From Patescibacteria group bacterium (GTDB lineage Bacteria > Patescibacteriota > Microgenomatia > UBA10105 > UBA927): a stretch of 64,000 bases of DNA. Below the pieces are notes generated by a model. The model was not told the DNA's origin. It saw only the letters and a list, made by a program, of their open reading frames with translations, and ran no database searches. Below, piece by piece: positions 31,207 through 40,321 of the stretch. The position numbers and the translations under genes were made by a program. The DNA lies in the NCBI GenBank assembly GCA_035510735.1, contig DATKGN010000013.1:128596-192595 (forward strand), in the 5' to 3' direction. Position 1 is the first letter of the stretch, and the number at the start of each line of letters is the position of its first letter.

Positions 31207-32033
31207 ATGATAAATTTTTCCCTGTTTCGTATTTCCCCGATTATGTGCTTAATGATAGAACGATATGAGTATGTTGGCAAATGGAACGATGTAAGAATTG
31301 ACATATCTCCAGTCTGCGGTTTCGTCGTATCGTGGAGATCCGCAGGAGTCGCGGTAATACCGAACGGATTAAGAATATCCGCCGCCACGTCATACCGGGA
31401 TTTCAACTCGGGCACTGCAACAGGTATTGTTTGATTCCAAATTCCCAGCTTTATGACCTGAAGGATGACTTCACTTATGTGACCAATATATGTCGGCTGA
31501 AATTTCCATGACGTATCGTAAACTGCAGGCGTTCGAGCATCGAGATTCTTGAGTATCCGGTTAAACGGCCGGTCATTCGTAGCATTCGGACTGAATCCCA
31601 AAACAAGAGATGATCGAAGAATCACAAAGTTTTTGGAACTTTGTTTGACGATTCGTTCCGACTCATATTTTGTTTTACCATACACATTTGACCGGTCCAG
31701 CGCCGATAAGGAGGAGATATATATTACTTTAGCGCCAATTCTATTGGCTTCGCGGACTATACGTTCCGTTGATCTTTGGTTTAGAGTAACTGCCTCAACA
31801 GGATGCGCATCACACCATTTTGCGCTTGCGTTATTTGCCGCGTGGATAATAATGTCGGCAGCATTTTGTTTAACAACATTTACGATTTCCTCAGGATCAG
31901 TTACATCGAGATGTATAAATTTCCCGGAAAGCCAGGTCGATGAGTAGGTACCAATGACATCAAACCGTTTTGACAAATCAAAAAATAGTCTAGCTCCGAG
32001 ATAACTGCTGGCTCCGGTTAATAATAGCTTCAT
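31203..32033 (-). CDS. RmlD-like extended SDR (sugar-nucleotide reductase)
   Basis: LLTGASSYLG and YGKTK. Confidence 0.8.
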   Translation of the reverse strand: MKLLLTGASSYLGARLFFDLSKRFDVIGTYSSTWLSGKFIHLDVTDPEEIVNVVKQNAADIIIHAANNASAKWCDAHPVEAVTLNQRSTERIVREANRIGAKVIYISSLSALDRSNVYGKTKYESERIVKQSSKNFVILRSSLVLGFSPNATNDRPFNRILKNLDARTPAVYDTSWKFQPTYIGHISEVILQVIKLGIWNQTIPVAVPELKSRYDVAADILNPFGITATPADLHDTTKPQTGDMSILTSFHLPTYSYRSIIKHIIGEIRNREKFII

Positions 32034-32086
32034 ATACTATATGTAACTGAATTATTAAGAAGAAATAATTCCGACTGTAAGCAATA

Positions 32087-32476
32087 TCAACGTGACTTTT
32101 CCAATAACTCCTTTAACGGTCCAAGATAATATCGCTTCCAACCATCATCGATATTATCCAATTCATCATCAGGAATATCAGTTTGAATGAGTTCTAATTG
32201 CGTCGTATCTGGGGAAACTTCTTTTAATACGAATTTTAATTTCGACGGACTCGCCCACTTTCCGCCGAACCAGTCCTGCTGAAGGATCTTATTCTTTATG
32301 ACCTTCGTATTTGTTCCGCGGATATCACCTCTCCATAACGAAAATTTCGTTCCGACTTTTTCATCCATAGTCGCCGGTCCTCCACCCCATTTCGTAATTA
32401 TTTTCGGGTCAACTAAGGCATTCCATACTTTTTCTGCGGATGCGCGGATTTTATATATTTGCGTTAGTGATTTCAT
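32087..32476 (-). CDS. SRPBCC/Aha1 domain protein
   Basis: VWNALVDP...W...GW..YY. The start is ATG 32476, 6 nt after TATACT. Confidence 0.85.
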   Translation of the reverse strand: MKSLTQIYKIRASAEKVWNALVDPKIITKWGGGPATMDEKVGTKFSLWRGDIRGTNTKVIKNKILQQDWFGGKWASPSKLKFVLKEVSPDTTQLELIQTDIPDDELDNIDDGWKRYYLGPLKELLEKSR

Positions 32477-32490
32477 AACAACAGTATATC

Positions 32491-33123
32491 CTATGAGCGA
32501 TTGACAATCTTTCCGAGTTTGTTTAATACGCGGATCCACCTTGTTTTCATTTCTTCCCTCTCATTTTCTCCAGGTAATCCTTCTTGATGGAATGCGATAG
32601 TTACAGAATCGCCCTGCGGAATAATCCGTATCTGAATAGTTGAGGGTTTTTTCCATCCCTTTGGCTGCCACGTGAGACGGATGTGGCTCCCTTTCTCCAT
32701 GACACGAACCTCTCCCGTTGTCCCATCATCCGTAATATAAGATTCCTTAACACATAAGACGGGTTTCGATGTATGACCAAGCCAAATTTGACTAGCCTCC
32801 TTTGAAGTTATTAAGCTCCACGCTATATTTGGGCTTATATCAAAAATCCCTTGAACGCCTACCTGAAAATCAGTCCCGGCCGTTTGGCCAACGACGCGTC
32901 TGCCGCTCATCTTTTCATACGAGTTTGTGACCATTTGATCCCACCATGAGCCTAAATGATATTTGGCATGTAGATACGCGACAATTTCCTTATGGGTTTT
33001 TCCGGTCATTCCTGCTTTATCCAGATATATTTTCCAATCTTCCCAGGTTTTACCGGTTTTTGCCTTAACTGCGTCGCTGGAAATGGTAACAGAAGTGCTA
33101 TCCATATCTACATCATAAAACAT
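32491..33123 (-). CDS. DUF4287-like plus SRPBCC domain protein
   Basis: KAKTGKTWEDW...WW.QMV...YE, then IRLTWQP...FHQE. Confidence 0.75.
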   Translation of the reverse strand: MFYDVDMDSTSVTISSDAVKAKTGKTWEDWKIYLDKAGMTGKTHKEIVAYLHAKYHLGSWWDQMVTNSYEKMSGRRVVGQTAGTDFQVGVQGIFDISPNIAWSLITSKEASQIWLGHTSKPVLCVKESYITDDGTTGEVRVMEKGSHIRLTWQPKGWKKPSTIQIRIIPQGDSVTIAFHQEGLPGENEREEMKTRWIRVLNKLGKIVNRS

Positions 33124-33191
33124 TACGAACTATTTGTTAAATAAATTACGAATAATAAATTTATGCGCTCGTAGGTGTATAATTTTAAATC

Positions 33192-33743
33192 ATGTTGTCT
33201 CCAAGGAGTACTATGTTTGTTTTAGGCGGCATATGTACCGCACTCGTTCTCATTATCTTATATCATTCATTATCAGTAAAAGGTACGGTTCTGGGTGATC
33301 AGACTGTGCCACTCACTGATGCAAAAGGCAATTCTATCGTTCTTGATTTTAACTCTCCAACACCCACGTTCACACCTACCCCTACGCCGACGCCGACAAA
33401 TACTCCCACACCCACGCCCAAGCCGACTCCCACCCCTACACCATATCCCGCTTCATCAGCGGATCTCGATCGATGGTTTACTGAATCCGCCAATCACTAC
33501 AGCGTCGACAGGTCACTGCTCTTTAAAATTGCTGCGTGCGAGACTGGTTTGCGCTCCAATGCAGTTAACTGGATTTACGGAGGGATGTTCCAATTTTCGC
33601 CGAATACATGGGTCGCAAACCGCAGACTTATGAACATGGATCCGAACCCCGACCTACGATTTAACCCCGAAGAAGCGATAAGGACAGCAGCATTTGTTCT
33701 CTCAACCCGCGGCGCTAACGCGTGGCCGCACTGTAGCCATTAA
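33192..33743 (+). CDS. Membrane-anchored lytic-transglycosylase-like protein with a Pro/Thr linker
   Basis: IAACETG (catalytic Glu), GMFQF..TW and AWPHC. Confidence 0.8.
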   Translation: MLSPRSTMFVLGGICTALVLIILYHSLSVKGTVLGDQTVPLTDAKGNSIVLDFNSPTPTFTPTPTPTPTNTPTPTPKPTPTPTPYPASSADLDRWFTESANHYSVDRSLLFKIAACETGLRSNAVNWIYGGMFQFSPNTWVANRRLMNMDPNPDLRFNPEEAIRTAAFVLSTRGANAWPHCSH

Positions 33744-34462
33744 ACTTTTTTTCCCATCCAATCATGGGCAAAAATTTCTGCTTTTCCTGTTTCTATGGCT
33801 TCAACGATACACTCAGCTATCAGTTCAGGCGGATCAATTTTCGGCATGTCGCCGCCACCTTCCCACTCCATTGCTGGCCCACTTTGCATGGTATTTTTTT
33901 CAAAATCGGTTGCAGTCATTGTCGGATAAACCACACTCACGCGAATAGTATCTTTTGATAATTCTTCTCGGGCTGTTAACGAAATTCCGACGAGCGCCCG
34001 CTTCAGCGAAGAATATGCTCCCATATGCGGGAACGCCATAAGAGCAGTTCCGCTACTTATATTTACAATCGCGCCCTCTTTTTGTTTCCGCATAATCGGA
34101 ATCACTTCCTGCATTGCGATAACAGGGCCCACGAGATTCAAATCAAATATCTCATGGAATTTATCTATTTCTATAGACTCTATGGCCGCGTCATACCCGC
34201 GACCGGCATTATTGACAATAATATCAATTCTACTGAAGTGTTTGTATGCACTTGCCACCATTTTTCTTACCTCTTTCTCTTTTGCCATGTCAGTAACAAT
34301 GACGAAAGATCCCGAAAGTTTTTTGGATAACGCATCAAGTTTCACTTTAGATCGTGCTACCAAAACCACCTTCGCGCCTTTTTGAGTAAGAAGGGTCGCC
34401 GCCGCCAGACCAATACCTGAAGATGCACCCGTTACAATTGCAACTTTGTTTTGTATATTCAT
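33740..34462 (-). CDS. Short-chain dehydrogenase/reductase
   Basis: TGASSGIG, NNAG and YSSLK. Confidence 0.92.
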   Translation of the reverse strand: MNIQNKVAIVTGASSGIGLAAATLLTQKGAKVVLVARSKVKLDALSKKLSGSFVIVTDMAKEKEVRKMVASAYKHFSRIDIIVNNAGRGYDAAIESIEIDKFHEIFDLNLVGPVIAMQEVIPIMRKQKEGAIVNISSGTALMAFPHMGAYSSLKRALVGISLTAREELSKDTIRVSVVYPTMTATDFEKNTMQSGPAMEWEGGGDMPKIDPPELIAECIVEAIETGKAEIFAHDWMGKKV

Positions 34463-34517
34463 ACAAACCATTATATCAAAAAGACTGAAATATACCTGAA
34501 GTCGTATATATATATAC

Positions 34518-34558
34518 TCTTCTTACTGATTCGTCAGTTAGCGAATCAGTCTAGAAGA
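34518..34558. repeat. Intergenic REP-like palindrome
   Basis: TCTTCT-T-ACTGATTCG-N8-CGAATCAGT-CT-AGAAGA between divergent genes. Confidence 0.55.
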
Positions 34559-34610
34559 AGTTATACCCGTAACAATTCCGATTATGGAAGGTATAATATA
34601 AGGGATATCC

Positions 34611-35273
34611 ATGAAACGTGCTATTTTCATAGGTTTGTTTATTTTTCTCGGAACACTCCTCGGGATTGCGACAAAAAATCCAACGGTTATGCAGATGAAT
34701 CTTGCCATTACGAAGAACCTCCAATCAATTCAACCCCGCTGGTTTATTGATTTAAATATTTTAGTCACACTATTTGAATACAGTATGGTTATATTGATCG
34801 CCCCATTATGTTGTTATTTATGGATAACGAAACGCCGTCGGGAAGCGTTTTTTATCGCTCTTGCGGGTCTCTCATGGTTTGTCACACGCATACTCAAGAC
34901 GACATTCGGAATTCCATGCCCGACTCCTCAGGAAGTCCACTATCTCTATCCGTTTCATCTACTCTCTTCTCTCCTCCATAGAGCTACAAACGGAATCGCG
35001 GTTCTTGATGCATCTGTCTGTTATCCCTCCGGTCATGTATATGATTACATATCTCTGTGGGGCATAATTTACATTTTAAGAGATAAAATATGGAAAACGC
35101 GGTGGTGGAGAAATTTTGTCGCTGCACTTTGTATAATCCTTATTTCTCTTATAGGGATCGCGAGGATTTCGCTCGGTGACCACTGGTTCACGGATGTCGT
35201 CGGCGGCTATCTTTTTGGCTTTGCGTGGTTGATGTCACTGGCATATTTCTATTCACACAGACAAAAGGTATAA
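34611..35273 (+). CDS. PAP2 family membrane phosphatase
   Basis: K......P, YPSGH and RISLGDHW.TDV.GG. Confidence 0.88.
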   Translation: MKRAIFIGLFIFLGTLLGIATKNPTVMQMNLAITKNLQSIQPRWFIDLNILVTLFEYSMVILIAPLCCYLWITKRRREAFFIALAGLSWFVTRILKTTFGIPCPTPQEVHYLYPFHLLSSLLHRATNGIAVLDASVCYPSGHVYDYISLWGIIYILRDKIWKTRWWRNFVAALCIILISLIGIARISLGDHWFTDVVGGYLFGFAWLMSLAYFYSHRQKV

Positions 35274-35309
35274 TGCGACGATTGTTAGATATGGTACAAT
35301 CCTAACCAT

Positions 35310-35963
35310 ATGTTCGCCGTAAAAAAATTCGACCTGTTGATTTCCTTTTATATCGTCTGTATTGCCATTTCGGAACTGATGGGAGGAAAAACATTTCCCC
35401 TGCCAGCTCTATTTGGCTACCAACTCAACGCGAGCGTCGCAATTCTCGTCGTCCCGCTTGTCTATGCTATAAATGATGTTATCACTGAGGTGTACGGAAA
35501 ATCCCGCGCAAGAAGTGTTGTCCGGTCTGGGTTATGTATTGTCTTTTTTATTTTGCTTTTCTCACTTATCGCAACAAAGCTTCCACCGTCAACAAGGTTT
35601 AAAAGTACAGAATCCGCGTATGAAACAATTTTCGGATTGTCGGCACGCATTTCCGCAGCAAGTCTCACAGCATTCGCTCTAGGAGAATTTTTGGATGTGC
35701 TCCTGTTTGCGAAACTTCGGCAATCGTTCGGCAAAAAATATTTGTGGCTTCGGACGAACGTTTCTAATTTCATCTCCCAGTTTATTGATACGTTTGTATT
35801 TATGACACTCGCATTTTACGCGTTTGATAAACCGCTCAATAATAATGCCATGTTTCTCTGGAGTATCATACTGCCCTATTGGCTTCTTAAGTGCTTTATG
35901 TCTATAATCGAAACGCCTTTCGTCTATGTAGGCGTCAGGTGGTTAAAAAACGAAAAGGAATAA
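35310..35963 (+). CDS. VUT/YhhQ-family vitamin or queuosine-precursor transporter
   Basis: NDVITEVYG and WLRTNVSN.ISQFIDT. Confidence 0.88.
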   Translation: MFAVKKFDLLISFYIVCIAISELMGGKTFPLPALFGYQLNASVAILVVPLVYAINDVITEVYGKSRARSVVRSGLCIVFFILLFSLIATKLPPSTRFKSTESAYETIFGLSARISAASLTAFALGEFLDVLLFAKLRQSFGKKYLWLRTNVSNFISQFIDTFVFMTLAFYAFDKPLNNNAMFLWSIILPYWLLKCFMSIIETPFVYVGVRWLKNEKE

Positions 35964-36515
35964 ATGAAAGTAGTGCTCATAATGGTTTCTTCTGTTAACG
36001 GTAAGATTACCCGTGGTGATGATCCGGTTGTGCGGAAGTGGACATCGAAAGAAGATAATGAACTCTTTGATTCTCTTAAGAAGAAATATAATCTCATCGT
36101 GATGGGAAGAAAAACATTTGAAGCGGCGAAAAAGAATATCCCTGGAAAAGATAACACTCTGCGGGTCGTCTTAACGAGAAATCCTAAAAAATACCGTAAA
36201 CTATCCGTCCGAGGCAAATTGGAGTTTACAAGCTCAACTCCCAAAAGACTCGTGAGATCACTGGAATCCCGTGGATACTCGAACATGCTTCTGGTCGGCG
36301 GCGGGAAAATAAATTCCTTATTTTTAAAAGCGGGTCTCATTGATGAATTACATCTCACAATAGAACCCGTGCTATTCGGAGAAGGAAATAATCTCCTGGA
36401 CAACGACATGTCACATATACGGTTGAAGCTTGTATCTGTCGACATGTTAAATAATTCTGGTACCCAACACAATATCTACAGAATTCTGAAAAAACATGAA
36501 CATAAGAGCAATTAA
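35964..36515 (+). CDS. Dihydrofolate reductase / RibD C-terminal family protein
   Basis: SVNGKI, VMGRKTFE, VGGG and LIDELHLTIEPVLFGEG. Confidence 0.88.
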   Translation: MKVVLIMVSSVNGKITRGDDPVVRKWTSKEDNELFDSLKKKYNLIVMGRKTFEAAKKNIPGKDNTLRVVLTRNPKKYRKLSVRGKLEFTSSTPKRLVRSLESRGYSNMLLVGGGKINSLFLKAGLIDELHLTIEPVLFGEGNNLLDNDMSHIRLKLVSVDMLNNSGTQHNIYRILKKHEHKSN

Positions 36516-37236
36516 AACAGGAAAAATAGTTCCGAATCACGAAAAACTCACAACTATTTTAGACAAATACATCTCCGATTTCAATGAACGATCGGTTCTC
36601 GTTATTACATCCAAAATTGTATCCATATGTGAGGGCAGAGTGATAAAAAAAGATAATAAGAAGAAAAACGATTTAATTCCTCAAGAAGCGGATTATTATG
36701 TTCCTCCATCGAAGAGTAAATACGATGTTACGCTTACGATAAAAAATAACCTGCTCATTCCCTCTGCGGGTATTGATGAGTCAAACGGTAACGGATATTT
36801 TATTCTCTGGCCCAAAAATCCACAGCGGACGGTTAACGAAATTCGTTCATACCTGGTAAAACGATTTAAATTAACCAAAGTAGGAGTTATTATTTCTGAT
36901 AGTAAAACGACACCGCTTCGCTGGGGTACGACAGGTACAGCACTGGTACATAGTGGATTTAGTGCACTCAATGACTATATCGGAAAACCTGATATTTTCG
37001 GAAGATTGCTAACGATGACGAAGGTAAATGTTATGGACGCGCTCGCAGGAGCTGCCGTTTTGGTAATGGGCGAAAGCAACGAACAGACACCTCTTGCCAT
37101 TATTACCGATACTCCGTTTGTTCAATTTCAAAAACGAAACCCGACGAAAAAGGAATTGAATAATCTTCATATCGATATGTCAGACGACGTGTATGCTCCT
37201 CTTCTGACTTCGGTAAAATGGGAAAAGAAAAGGTAA
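36496..37236 (+). CDS. CofE-like gamma-glutamyl ligase (chlamydial FolC2/CT611 type)
   Basis: ITSKIVSICEG, PSAGIDESN, DS.TTPLR.G and VMGESNEQTP. Confidence 0.85.
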   Translation: MNIRAIKTGKIVPNHEKLTTILDKYISDFNERSVLVITSKIVSICEGRVIKKDNKKKNDLIPQEADYYVPPSKSKYDVTLTIKNNLLIPSAGIDESNGNGYFILWPKNPQRTVNEIRSYLVKRFKLTKVGVIISDSKTTPLRWGTTGTALVHSGFSALNDYIGKPDIFGRLLTMTKVNVMDALAGAAVLVMGESNEQTPLAIITDTPFVQFQKRNPTKKELNNLHIDMSDDVYAPLLTSVKWEKKR

Positions 37237-37247
37237 ATTAATCGAAT

Positions 37248-37550
37248 TTCGCGGAGAGGTGTATGTTTTGCCAGCACCGTCACGCGCAGGGAAAGATCCC
37301 ACTGTTCACGCGCTTTTGGTCGCTATAAAATTTAGATCCGGTCTTCAGTTCGCTCCCTTCGACTTCGCTCAGGGCAGGCACGGAATAGTTCGTTTACCCC
37401 GAGTTTATCGAGGGGCAAGTGAATCCGGACTAAATTTATAGACTCCCCGCGCAACGATTCCACCCCTGTTCAATCAACACCACCTCAAGCTTTGACGGAT
37501 GTCCCTGATCCTGAGATCCGGGATCTAAGGACGCACAAATTGCGCGCGAA
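37248..37550. repeat. Dispersed structured non-coding element, copy 2 (with REP hairpins in its variable loop)
   Basis: Homologous to 26258-26536 in the same orientation. The loop carries CCCTTCGACTTCGCTCAGGG and CCCCGAGTTTATCGAGGGG. Confidence 0.85.
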
Positions 37551-37561
37551 CAATGTATCAA

Positions 37562-39286
37562 TTATCCGAATGTAAATGCGTACAACTCCATATTACCGTC
37601 AAGAAATTCCAACTTTAACTCATGAGAGCCCGGATTGTTCAGTTTTATCAGACGATAAAGTCTATCTTCAACAACGGTAACAATTCCGTTTTGCACATCA
37701 TCTCCCGCATCATCTGCCGTTATCACATTCCCATCCAGATAAATGCGGAAATGCCCCGGCTGGCCGTTATTTGTTCTCATCACTAAAAATAACTGCCCCG
37801 CCGCGAATCGAAATGTAAGAAAAGAACCGGCTTTTGGCGTTGCATTTTCTCCCGACACATTCCAAGGGCCGGCAAGAGCAAAATAATCCTGGCCGATTGT
37901 CGATGGTGTTGTATACGTTATCTCCTTATCAGGAGTCACAACTTCAGGTGAAGCAAATCGTTCTAACCGGTTATACCCAATGTATGTCTCAGGCGTTTGA
38001 GCGTTTATATCATAGGTAGTATTGTGAACAGGCATGTTCGCGACGTTTACTCCCGTCTCAGCCAGCAGTTGCTGAATCATTTTCTCCGATTCATCGTAAT
38101 TACCCTCACCGAAGTGTGTTGAGCGGATTTTACCGTCTTTGTCAATGAAATATTTCGCCGGCCAATACTGATTGCTATACGCATTCCATGTGGCGTAATC
38201 GTTATCCTGCATAACGGGATATGTTATACCGAAATCGCTGATCGCTTTTGTCACATTATCGGCGTTTTTTTCAAATTCAAATTCCGGTGTATGTACACCG
38301 ATAATAACGAGTCCTTTATCGACGTATTTTTTGTACCACGATTCAATATACGGGAGCGTTCGGATACAGTTAATGCATGTGTAGGTCCAGAAGTCGACAA
38401 GAACCACTTTTCCGCGGAGTGATGCCATCGTAAGCGGCTTTGTATTAAACCATTTTCCGCCGGGAACGAGTTCCGGCGCCTGTGGATACATATTGAGCCC
38501 TTTCATGAGCTGGGCAATTGCGTTTGTACCGGTCGACTGTTGTTTCCGTTTGGCAAGAGCATCTTCAACTGGCGCAATATTCTCGAGGGCCGTGAGCCCT
38601 GATCCGTAGTTCGGAAATGTTGTAAGAATGTAATTTTGAAACGTCCGGTCCGCGTTAAAATATAATCCGACGGCGAGGAGAATCATCACAACACCGAAAA
38701 ACCGTTGAATAGTTGAAGAATTACTGATGAGCCACGGTACGCGATTGAGAAGACTTCGTCCTGCTATAAGAAGAAGAAACATCGGAATTGCCGTTCCTAT
38801 TGCATAAGACAACGTTATAAAAACAGAGCTTAAATCCACATTGTTGGTCGCGGCAAGTGCGATGACGGAAGCCAATATTGGACCGACACACGGCGTCCAA
38901 AGCAGTCCGAGGCTTAAACCCAATAGAATACCACCCCAAAACCCCGATTTCTGCGGACGGCTTGAGACGGTAGATGACAATTTTCCGAAAAGCCTTTCCG
39001 TCAGCTTTTGCACCTGTGGAACTAACAGGGCTACACCGAAGACGGCGACGATAATGATGGAAATAATCCTGAGCGCGTCGGGAGGAATGTTAAGTAATTT
39101 TACAATTGCCGACAACGCGAGAGTAAAAAATGTAAAACTCGCGATAAACCCGACGACTATTCCGGTCGGTCGTCTCTTACCCCCGCCGATACTACCCGAT
39201 AAAACAATCGGCAATACCGGTAAAATGCAGGGGGAAAGTATCGTAACGATTCCGGCTAGAAATGCGAAAATGATAAGAAGTATCAT
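37562..39286 (-). CDS. dipZ: DipZ-like CcdA-thioredoxin fusion
   Basis: SPCILP and WTPCVGP (CcdA), DFWTYTCINC, VHTPEF and the C-terminal YAFTFG. Confidence 0.92.
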   Translation of the reverse strand: MILLIIFAFLAGIVTILSPCILPVLPIVLSGSIGGGKRRPTGIVVGFIASFTFFTLALSAIVKLLNIPPDALRIISIIIVAVFGVALLVPQVQKLTERLFGKLSSTVSSRPQKSGFWGGILLGLSLGLLWTPCVGPILASVIALAATNNVDLSSVFITLSYAIGTAIPMFLLLIAGRSLLNRVPWLISNSSTIQRFFGVVMILLAVGLYFNADRTFQNYILTTFPNYGSGLTALENIAPVEDALAKRKQQSTGTNAIAQLMKGLNMYPQAPELVPGGKWFNTKPLTMASLRGKVVLVDFWTYTCINCIRTLPYIESWYKKYVDKGLVIIGVHTPEFEFEKNADNVTKAISDFGITYPVMQDNDYATWNAYSNQYWPAKYFIDKDGKIRSTHFGEGNYDESEKMIQQLLAETGVNVANMPVHNTTYDINAQTPETYIGYNRLERFASPEVVTPDKEITYTTPSTIGQDYFALAGPWNVSGENATPKAGSFLTFRFAAGQLFLVMRTNNGQPGHFRIYLDGNVITADDAGDDVQNGIVTVVEDRLYRLIKLNNPGSHELKLEFLDGNMELYAFTFG

Positions 39287-39400
39287 AAATTGTAATCTAC
39301 ATTACCATTTTACACTCATACACACACGAGTACAAACAAAATTTTATATATGTAATCTACATTATCGCGCAAAAAATTGAAACGTAGTAGGATTAGATTT

Positions 39401-39802
39401 ATGACGACATACGCTTGGTATAAGAAACTCAAAAAACCGTCATTTGCCCCACCACCCTGGGTTTTTACACCTGTTTGGAGCGTCCTCTACATCATGATTT
39501 TTTTCACCTTTGGGTATGTGATGCTTCAATGGATAAGCGGAACACTGCCATTTCTTCTCATCCTGCCGTTTGTCGTAAATTTGATAAGCAATCTTGCCTA
39601 TACACCGATTCAGTTCGGACTGAAAAATAATGAAGCCGCACTTGTTGATATTTTTGTTATTGACGTGACTCTTCTGTGGGCTATGATCGGTATTTACCAA
39701 TATTATCCGTTCGTAACATATATCCTGATCCCCTATCTCCTGTGGATATTGTTTGCAACGATTCTTCAATCGACTATTACCTACCTCAATCGGAAAAAAT
39801 AA
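39401..39802 (+). CDS. tspO: TspO/MBR family protein
   Basis: WY..L.KP...PP.WVF..VW and PYLLW..FAT. Confidence 0.92.
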   Translation: MTTYAWYKKLKKPSFAPPPWVFTPVWSVLYIMIFFTFGYVMLQWISGTLPFLLILPFVVNLISNLAYTPIQFGLKNNEAALVDIFVIDVTLLWAMIGIYQYYPFVTYILIPYLLWILFATILQSTITYLNRKK

Positions 39803-39805
39803 CAC

Positions 39806-40282
39806 TCACTTTCCGATCACCTTCACAATCGTGAGCGATGTCACCAGAAGAATGATAAATGAACTGACAAACCAACTCGCAAGTAGTCCGTACGGTACAT
39901 TAAATAATAATATCGATGGTAACGTAAAAAATATGAATGACGTTGCAACCATCAGATCAGCAAAAAAGAATGACCGCTTCATATAGCCTTTGGGTAAATA
40001 GTCCTTAAGATAGTAATAAATAATCGCAAGCGACATCCCGGTCATAAACGTTATAATCGCCGACACAATATAGAACTCAGATAGAGGCGGACCTGCCGTC
40101 GGCCCACCCGCCGGCGAGGCAGACATCATGAGTGGACTCCACAAACCGAAATATTTCGGATCCATATAATAATGAAACGTCCATATCATTTCCAGTTGTC
40201 GTACAACGATGCTCGTAACGGAATATAAGAAGCCAACCAGTAATACGCGGCCCCATTGAATTGAACCAATCCATTTGATCAT
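39806..40282 (-). CDS. Hypothetical 4-TM membrane protein
   Basis: AGGAGG RBS. The loop SASPAGGPTAG is encoded by a DNA hairpin. Confidence 0.8.
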   Translation of the reverse strand: MIKWIGSIQWGRVLLVGFLYSVTSIVVRQLEMIWTFHYYMDPKYFGLWSPLMMSASPAGGPTAGPPLSEFYIVSAIITFMTGMSLAIIYYYLKDYLPKGYMKRSFFFADLMVATSFIFFTLPSILLFNVPYGLLASWFVSSFIILLVTSLTIVKVIGK

Positions 40283-40321
40283 AAATCCTCCTTACAAATA
40301 CCAACGACTACCTTTATGGTA

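Noticed and set aside
33355-33445. Tandem-like repeats (also 13470-13660 and 60350-60440) as CRISPR or VNTR
   Set aside because: These are degenerate codon repeats encoding Pro/Thr linkers. No constant repeat-spacer array was seen anywhere in the window.
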